This document shows positions 55,837 through 64,000 of a DNA stretch of 64,000 bases, piece by piece. Position 1 is the first letter of the stretch. Each line of letters opens with the position of its first letter. Under the pieces are notes generated by a model that was not told the origin of the DNA, did not search any database, and saw nothing but the letters and a program-made list of their open reading frames with translations. A program made the translations under genes and the position numbers. Source of the DNA: Podarcis erhardii (lineage: Eukaryota); the NCBI GenBank assembly GCA_964252035.1, contig OZ176211.1; one strand, 5' to 3'.

Positions 55837-57307
55837 CGTCTTCCCGCCTCGCCTCCTCCACTCCAACTTAATAACCGAGTGAAGCTTTAACACTGGACTT
55901 CAGAAATCATAGTTCAGTAGGGCGGTGCGTAGTCAAGATAAGAGACTTTCTAACATAACACATGACTCGGACCAAAATATGCAAGCCGAAGAAGTTAATA
56001 CCACAGGCAGACTGCTAGAATAAAGTTGGGCCTGTCTGAGTGGGGTAAAGTGGGGGGGGGGGATCGCATCGCGAGCTTCTGTAATCTGTAATTTATCCCA
56101 AGGTCAGCTCGTCGACTGCTTAAGAAATCAGGACTGCTCCTCCTAATCTATCCTGGGTGCTACACTGGTAACTCTCACCGTTAGCATCTGATCCCAGGCG
56201 CTTTACGCGAAAGGAAGCTCAAGAATATCCCCTCTGGATGTTGTATAATAGGCAGCAATCTAGAGAAAACTAGGTATCCCTCAATCCTATTTAAGTAATT
56301 GGCCCGCTCAGAATAATCATAACACGAGATCCCTGCAAATTCGCTGCGGCAAGTATGCTGATGACCGTAGCTCCAAGTGTCCAGTTAAGTAAATTTCCTG
56401 TTATTGTATACAAGGGTTAGGCCTTCCAGATTATGGCTCCGCTCTCAGAAGATCTCTACAGCAAGTACACTGCAGATCAATAGAGACAGGATCAACAGAG
56501 ATATTTTAAATTCAACCTCCACCCAGGAATTGGCTTTACATGATGAGATCGCTCCGAGGTGGGGGTGTTAAGCGAAAGGAGCTTTTACTCTACATCCAGT
56601 TCTATCGATTTCCAGCTCCTTCTGCTTAGAGTGGAGGAGAGTGACGCTGCCTCGGAAGAAAAAGGCATTTAATAAATATCGCTGTAAACCAACCATAGGC
56701 GGGCGAACTCGGCCAAACTGGAATGAGCAAACCACAGCTCAAGTCCAATAGCTGCCATTTTCAGTCTACGCCGCTATAGATCTAGTTGATAGAAGACACC
56801 TAGCGTCCTCCAGACAAACGTGGACATCCATAATCCTGTATTCCCAGGGATGCAGCTTTTATAAGAAAGCCGCCGCCTTGGCCTACCTCCGCTTGTTTCA
56901 CCACCGCGTGAACTGCTTGGCAGACCTTCAACCTGAAAACCTTTTCTCCACTCCTTTCGAAGAGTTGCTCTCTAAACTTAGCAAGCCTTCAAACAATACT
57001 TTCCACAGCCAACCTTTTAATGACTGGCTTTCCGAAAAGACACCACACCCCTGGAGTTCCACTTCCAAAAAGAAATAAAAATAAACGTGAAAGGATTTAA
57101 TCGAGAGCAAGTAGACCTAGAGGTCACCCCAGCTGCACCTTGATAAGAGCTGCTTCCTCTTTAATCAACCAGACTTAGTCTCAAAGGAAATACTCACCCT
57201 CTGAAAGCGCTGGAAGCCCGGAGTAGTCAGCCTTGAGAGTGTGTGTGAGAGAGAAGCTCAACCCTTGTGCTTCTCCGTGAAGGAGTGAGCAATCGGCTTC
57301 ACCTTAC

Positions 57308-57460
57308 CTTTGCAAATCTGAGCGTGGAAAGTGAAATAATATAATGTGCAGCTCCTAGAACGCAAGGGGAACAAAGGCCAAGATTTCAACCCCCCCTTCC
57401 TCTCCCCCTCTTCTCCCACTGCGGCTTTGACATTGATCTGAAGAACGCCATCTTGTGGCA
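57308..57460 (-). other. HOXA10: Candidate distal alternative first exon of HOXA10 (phase-1 donor after ATT TGC AAA G)
   Basis: Donor GCAAAG|GTAAGG at 57308/57307; a second donor GAGG|GTGAGT at 57198/57197. The 3' end resembles the ATG-TGT-CAA-G (MCQ-G) end of the human short-isoform exon as I recall it. The 5' limit is unknown. Confidence 0.45.
57445..57458 (-). promoter_or_regulatory. Candidate CTCF site between HOXA10 and HOXA11 (C10|11)
   Basis: Minus strand CCACAAGATGGCGT is a strong match to the CTCF core. Confidence 0.7.
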
Positions 57461-58852
57461 ACAGCGTTCCTCCGCAGAGCTGACCTGCCAGCCGGTTTCC
57501 AAATGCCCCGCGTTAAACGAACGGATGCTAGCGCAGACAATTGCCCTCCGCAGATCTACCCTCCACAGCTCAGAGATGGCTGAAACAAACCTCCGCCTCG
57601 TTTATAGCCCAGCTTTCCCAGTATGCAAATAGAAGAGGGGGAAAAATCGAGGGCACTTTTATAGCTGCATTGTCCCGGCAACACATATGGGATGTCCCCC
57701 CACCTTTTTTTAACTGGGCCAGGAAATCACCAGCAGCCTCTCCACAAAACTGGAGAAACTCCATGACTCAACCTAGAGATGAATAACCAGTTAATTTTTA
57801 ACTAGCAAAGGAAGTTGCTGCCTGAACATTTATTGCCACCCGCCTATTCCTCTCCCTGTCTTCTCCCTCTCTTTCTCTTCTCTCCATCTATCTTTCTATC
57901 TCTCCCTTTTAAGAGTTGCATTCCTTTGTAGCATGCTAGCCAAATAAACAAACAAGCAAGTGAGCTCCATTCTCTCTCTCCTCTCTCCCCCTGCGCTTCA
58001 TCTTTGTACATTTCCTTTGACCAGACGCTGTCTGGCTTAGGTGGGGGTTGTCAGCAAAAGCCCAGAGCCAGTTAGCCCTTCACCTCAAGGTTATGGGTGA
58101 TGTCCAAAGCAATACAGAAGTTCAAAGCCAATAAACAATAGGAGAAAACAGTATGTACTTTCTCTCCTGATTAAGTGTAAGACAGGAAAATCAACCTCAT
58201 GCCACATCCTCAAAAAGGTCTTCGGAGGGGTTTTTTTTTAATTTTTAATTTCCACCCCCGCTCGAGAGATTAAGAACGAAAACCACACACAGCCCATCTG
58301 GGCCTCACTCGCAGGAGGAATGCCTCGCCGTCCTCTTTCCCTAGGAGTCACCACAGAGGAACCAACACGTTTCAACCAATATGCTTCATTCTGCCTCACT
58401 ATCATTGACGTTTTGGGGATCAGATCCTGCCACAAACATTTCTTAGCACTTAAAGGGGTGTGTTCAGAAATATGGCGCTCGAGATAAACAAGAGCGGATG
58501 AGCCCAGAAAAAATCACCAGCTTTTCTAATAGGTTTTACACCTGTGAGCAAATGTATAAAGCCTGTAATCTGCAGTTACTGGAAGGAGTGATCGTCCACC
58601 CCCTCCCACTTCTACAAACCGGTGAAACCTGGCCTCAAGCTCGCTGCCGTCTGCCTACGCATTCATAAATACCAGACATGTTGCACTGCATTATCCTGAA
58701 GGACCAGAAGCAATAGGTGAATGGAATTTCCATGAAAGCATCCCATTCAGGAGCCATGATTCAAACTCTCAGAGCCCAGATCAAGGAATATCCATGAATA
58801 CAACACAAGGATTAAAAAAAAATAATTATTATTATTATAAATTTCCCACATG

Positions 58853-58858
58853 TTTATT
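58853..58858 (-). terminator. Probable HOXA11 poly(A) signal
   Basis: TTTATT on +, about 1.8 kb downstream of the stop, with a U/GU-rich tract 3' of it on the minus strand. Confidence 0.5.
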
Positions 58859-60665
58859 TTCGTTGTGCGCCGTACCACTGTATACATGCCACGAAAGACC
58901 TTCGCATAGTAAAAGAAACCGTATTTACATATATGACGATACATATCTTCAAACAGTGTTGGAATATAAAGGTATTGCGTTTTGTGAACCGTGTAAAAGA
59001 AATCGTGTCCCTTTTCGAAGCTGGTGGTTTTTACAACATTCTAGTCACCTTATCTTTCTTGCACAGAACTTTTTTTTTAAAAAAGGACAAACTCGACATT
59101 TTCCAAGGAAAAGGACCGTTAAAAAAACATATACCAACCAAAACGGATCATTTAAAAATGTACAAGTCTTGTAAAACACCATTCTCGTATGAAATATACA
59201 TTCAGATATTCTCGACAGCAAGCGACTTTTACAATAAAACACAATATCCTTTGTAAACTGATATAGATTTTTAAATAGTTCTTTCTTTTAAAATTCGTTG
59301 TTCTCTCTCTCTCTCTATTTCTCACTCTCGCTTTGGTTCCTGCAGGGAAATATACTTCTTTTATATATATTTAAAATAACTCCAGGGAACTCTCTGTTCT
59401 TTGATTCTGCCGCCTGAGCGATTAAGTAGGGCTTTCGACACTTAATAGTGAACAAAAAGATCTGAAAACCAATCCACCATATTTACATTGTTTGCCTTCT
59501 GCTTGGGCTTCTAAGGGAAAGAAAACGCTAGTTATTTTAATGATCTGATCTCAGTGCATTGCACACATCCAGGGTCCAATTAAGTGTTGTGTGGTATTTG
59601 CCAAACTGTCCTTCTCCACAGGTATTTCCTGAAGAAAGTTTGTGAGACAGAAGCCAGAAGCTTCCTTTTACGGTTTCCCCCTTTGGAGCTATTAGATTAG
59701 TCTTTCTTTCTCCCTCTCTTTCCACCCCACCGTGCACTTTTATTTATTTGTTTGGTTTTTAATTTTCTTTAAGCATTTAAATAAGAACACAATGATTTGT
59801 CTCCAAAGGGATGGCCACTTTTCGACAGTTGTTGTTCATTTTTTGTTGGGGGTTTTATAAACGAGAGCTAATGCACGTGGCTATGTGTTTGACTCTTCAG
59901 TGATTGTTTCCTTACCATATATGGCGAATTAATACCTGAAATGTTTTCAAACGGAGACTGTCAAACCTTCCACGCCATAACTCCCTATCAACAGCACGGT
60001 TAGACTCAACACTACTACACCTCTACAAACATTTATGATTGGCCTTGCAACTGCTTAAATTTTTTGAACTTGGTCAAGAGGGTAACCGCTCTTGCGGAAG
60101 AAGGTTTGTCATTTTAAGGGTCGAGGAGGGGAAGGTGATGGGACGGCGGCTGTGCATTTAGAGGCTGTGGGGGCTCCTGTAGGTTTTCTTTTGCAGTAGT
60201 CCATCAGGCTCCGGTGCAGCCATGGGTAGCCTTTCAAGCAATGTTCCACAGTAAAACCAAAGTAACAGTTTTAGACCGACACGAATCCAATAACTCACTC
60301 CCCGCTTTTTCACGTGTGAACCCGCGTTGGGATGAGTTGCAGTGTCTATAGGTAAGAGGTATAAAATTGCCCTCGGAGCAAAATATGGGGGTGGCGTGTT
60401 TGGAAATGCGGGTCCAGATGTAAACCGTTTCCAGTTGATATGTCAAGAGCTTTAAGAAGAACTTTTTTAGGGGGGTGGGAAAAGTAGCGGGAAACCCCAG
60501 TTGGTTTACATTTTATGGGGAAGAAAAAAAAATATTAGTGTGGTGTTTTTTTCCCAACGTCCTCCGTCACTTTGCACACCTCCTTCTCATAGGTAACCCT
60601 GTGGCTTGACCTTGTCATGGGCGAGATCTGAATTTAATCTCATCTTGAAAAACGCTACGAGTTTT

Positions 60666-63366
60666 TTAAAGTAGTGGATTAGCTGAGTAATATTGTAATC
60701 GGTCCCTGTTAATTTTTTTCTCTTTCATTCTTCTGTTTTGAAACCATATTTTTACTTGACGGTCGGTCAAGTTGAGCATTCGGGAGAGCTGGAGGCGTTT
60801 CTCTTTGTTTATATAGACACTGAAGAAGAATTCCCTCTCTAATTCTCTAATCTGATATTTGGTGTAGGGGCATCTCTTTTTACGGGTGCGTTGTCCACCT
60901 GTGGAATGACAAAAATAAAAGGCAGAAGCCATTAAGTCTGGGATCAGATAGGGCTGGGGGGCGACTGCAATTCATATTTAATAAAGGGACATTCTTGGGT
61001 TGAACCATTGAGAAAAGGCCTGGTTTATTAGCTACATAAAATTGACGCTCCGTTCCGTTCTGCAGCTGTATTAGCCTGAGCTTTATTTGAGGAACATATT
61101 TGCATGTAACATTCCAAAATCCCAACATCTTCACTTCGAAGCATCACTTCAAGCAGTACACCTGAGGCGCTATGCTATGAAATTAAAACCCACAGAGTCC
61201 AAACTACTGACTCCCTAGTCAGCAGAATCTGCAGTGCACAAGATCTAGATGGACATCGCACAAGCAGTCTCCGAATAATACAATGCTTGGCGCGGGAAGG
61301 TTAAGAAGGCTCAGGGCAGACTCTCTGTAACCTAACCCAGCTGTGACACTGTTCTTGCAACCCAGTTTTGCAACTCAGTTTTAAGAGAGGACATAGAGAG
61401 CTCCACCGCTTGTTTCACCCCTGAAAGACATTATGACACCAGGATCTGAGAAGCCAAATGGGCTCCTGTACATTGACCGAGGTTTTTTTTTTTAATCTTC
61501 AACTTGGTTTTGCTTTTGTGTGCAGCTTCCTTTTGTTTAAAAATAACAAAACAGTACCCCAGCGCCTAGGACAGCCACTAGTTCATTACATCTTATCACT
61601 CGCATCTGGGGTGTGTGTGTTTTAAAATTAACCCCTCTGCTATATCCTCTCAAGTCCTTTCGCTCCTTCATAGTCACACTGGGGTTAATGTTCATGGCCC
61701 CCCCTCCTTTAAAGTTTAAAGGCTTTTTACATTAAATATTGGTCCTATATTTCCTTGCAAACACACATACACACAACACGTCCCCATTTGCTGTTACAGC
61801 TCATTACAAGGCTATTTTCCTAGGCTTTTGAAGGTGAGGGGGTGATGAGCAAGAAAAATCTACATTAAAAAAAACAAAAACCAGGCAGTGACAGGTTGAA
61901 TAGCAATTGTAAGTAGCAAACTGTTGGGCAGAAGGCAACACATACTTGCCACAATGTCTTAGGAAAATGGCTTCCTTTAGACAAAAAAGGCCAGCTTTAG
62001 GTTAATCTGTTGCTTTAACTATATTGCTACAGTGCAGGCAGCTAGTTTTTCTGCTAAACGCTATTCCCGGGCAATCGTTAAAAAACTGGGATGGCTTTGA
62101 ATCCAAGTTTCTAACTAGGCTTCTGGGGAAACACATGGCTTTTATAAAAAAAAAAATCCAAAAAAGAGAGAGAAAAATAATCACAGGATTACATGGATAT
62201 CAAAGGACTCAGAAATCCCCTTTTGGGTACATTTACAGGCGCAAAACGTGCGTTATTATATTTTCAAGAGTTTGACCACAGAGCCTTTCTCTCCCCAACA
62301 TCCTCTCTCTCTCTCTTTATTCTTTTTTATGATTTAAGGGGGGGGGCGCTTTTTCTTTTTTTCCTTTTTTTGTTTTAAAAAGGCATCCATTGGCCGGTGG
62401 GTATTTCACGGCCAATTTCAGTCCCCGCCACGTGATCTCTCCTTTTATAACAAAGTTTTGTTGGGGGAAATCTACAGGCCCTTCCATAAACCTTATATGC
62501 TTATAAAACAGCATATAAAAATTTAACAGCGGCGGTGCGCTAAGATTTCCAAGTCCGCTTCATAAAAGCGCCAGGGCGCTGCCTTTATACGTACTTGAGC
62601 TGCTGGATTTCTCCTCATTGTTGCCGGAAGACGAAGCCGGGCTGCTGCTGCTCTCCGTCCGCCGCCGCCGCTCCTTCTCCTCCGCAGCCGAGGCCGCGGC
62701 GCTCGCTGCAGCCGCCGCCGCTGATGCCGCGTCCCTGGCGCAGCTCCCGTCCGAACTTGACGTTGCGCCGACGGCAGCGGCGGCGGCCGGCCCGGGAGCG
62801 GCTCCCCCTCCCGGGGGCATCTTCTCCCCGTTCTTCTCGCCTGCATAGTCCGAGTGGCTGTCGGCCGTGCCATAAGCCGTCTCGAAGAACTGGTCGAAAG
62901 CCTGCGGGAGCACCCCGTTCCTGCCCACGGTGCTATAGAAATTGGACGAGACGCTGGCGGCGGCGGCGGGGGCTGTCGTAGCCGGGTGGTGGCCGTGATA
63001 GACGGCGGCGGTGTTTTTCCCGAACATCTCGCTCATGCTGGCGGCAGCGGCGGCGGCGGCGGCCGTGTTGGCGGCGGCGGGCAGGCAGTCTCTGTGCATG
63101 ATCTCCTCGGCCGAGTAGCAATGCGGGAGGTTGTTCCTGTGGTGCCATTTACTAGCCGGATCAATGGCATACTCGCGGAAGGTGACTTCCCGCACGGGTT
63201 GGACCTGGGGTAGGTTGGAGGAGTAGGAGTATGTCATGGGGCGAGAAGACGGGGTTTGGGGCAGGAAAGAAGGGAGGCTGGAGAAATCAGGACCCGACAC
63301 GTAGTACGTGCAACTTGGCAAATACATATTAGACGAGCAAGGGACACGCTCATCAAAATCCATCAT
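60666..63366 (-). CDS. HOXA11: Homeobox protein Hox-A11, 334 aa; exons 62595-63366 and 60666-60898
   Basis: [28 protein letters not shown]..., donor TCAA|GT at 62595/62594, acceptor AG|GTGGACAA at 60899/60898, [19 protein letters not shown]...[11 protein letters not shown]. 772+233 nt is in frame. Confidence 0.98.
62390..62575. promoter_or_regulatory. HOXA11 intronic element rich in TTTAT (posterior Hox/Hox13-type) sites
   Basis: Five TTTAT/ATAAA cores (62443, 62484, 62501, 62513, 62560), plus CACGTG and CCAAT, next to the exon 1 donor. Confidence 0.55.
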
Positions 63367-63370
63367 TAGG

Positions 63371-63406
63371 CTACCTCGGGCTCTCCGCATTAGCCGAGCT
63401 TAACAT
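63371..63406 (-). other. u[14 protein letters not shown] ending 4 nt before the HOXA11 ATG
   Basis: ATG TTA AGC TCG GCT AAT GCG GAG AGC CCG AGG TAG, read by hand. Confidence 0.6.
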
Positions 63407-64000
63407 GATTCTCTAATGCAGCTGCCTCTTTGAAGCAGATCCGTGAAGTAAGAAATTTGGAGACGTAAAGCTGACGTGGAAATCTATCCCCATCCTTAGC
63501 AGGGAGGCGCTGGTCACGTGACCAAATGTTGAAATTGACAAGCTGCGAGTATGGGCCCTCTCTCCTTCTCTCCCTCCCTCCCTCCCTCCTGTCCCCCCCC
63601 CGCTTTTCCCGCCCCCTCCTCTTTTGTAGCCATCTCAGGGGAAGCAACAGATCGTCACTTTTGGTCTTCTGGCTAAAAAGCACGAGATCTAAAGTGCAAC
63701 TCACGCGGGCCTCGTGGACAGTAAGGAGGACAGAAAAGACTGCTGGCCTCTGTCCGGCTCTCCTTCTTTCTTTCTTTCTCTTTCTTCCTTTCTTCCTTCC
63801 TTCCTCGCTCTCTCTCTCGCCCTGCAGCCCTTCTCTTCCCACCCCCGCGCGCAATCAAGCTATCTTGAGCCTATTAGCCCGCTGAAGTGCCCACGGATCT
63901 TTCTCCCTCTCCCCCGCACTATCTCTTCCCTTCCACCCCCACCCCTTTAAAAGCACGTTGAGTCGCTTTCATGAGATGCCGTGTAATCTCCTAATTCTGC

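Overview
This window is the central-to-posterior part of a vertebrate HoxA cluster, with all genes on the minus strand. In + order it holds HOXA5, HOXA6, HOXA7, HOXA9, mir-196 (the mir-196b locus), HOXA10 and HOXA11. Each gene has two coding exons; I read the GT-AG junctions by hand and they give intact phase-1 ORFs of 315, 235, 232, 263, 416 and 334 aa. HOXA4 should lie just left of the window (a HOXA4-type DR5 RARE is at 1748-1764) and HOXA13 just right. The protein sequences, the a-type mature miR-196, and about 10 copies of a short palindromic repeat that I recognise from lizard genomes point to a non-mammalian amniote, probably a squamate; this is inference. There are three assembly gaps. 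I found no new gene family or wholly novel system; the interesting signal is lineage-specific change to a well-known one. Best candidates: (1) an N-to-S change in the Hox10 M1 motif of HOXA10; (2) HOXB6-type residues in the HOXA6 homeodomain; (3) a seed-mismatched miR-196 site in the HOXA5 3' UTR, while HOXA7 and HOXA9 keep intact sites; (4) an exactly conserved 173-nt HOXA9T cryptic intron; (5) a putative distal HOXA10 exon in which the ATG of the mammalian short isoform reads ATT; (6) uORFs in front of five Hox genes; (7) a MITE-like element dispersed through the cluster, including introns; (8) a diverged 181-bp tandem duplication between HOXA10 and HOXA11. Comparisons with human, mouse and chicken sequences are from memory and need alignment to confirm.
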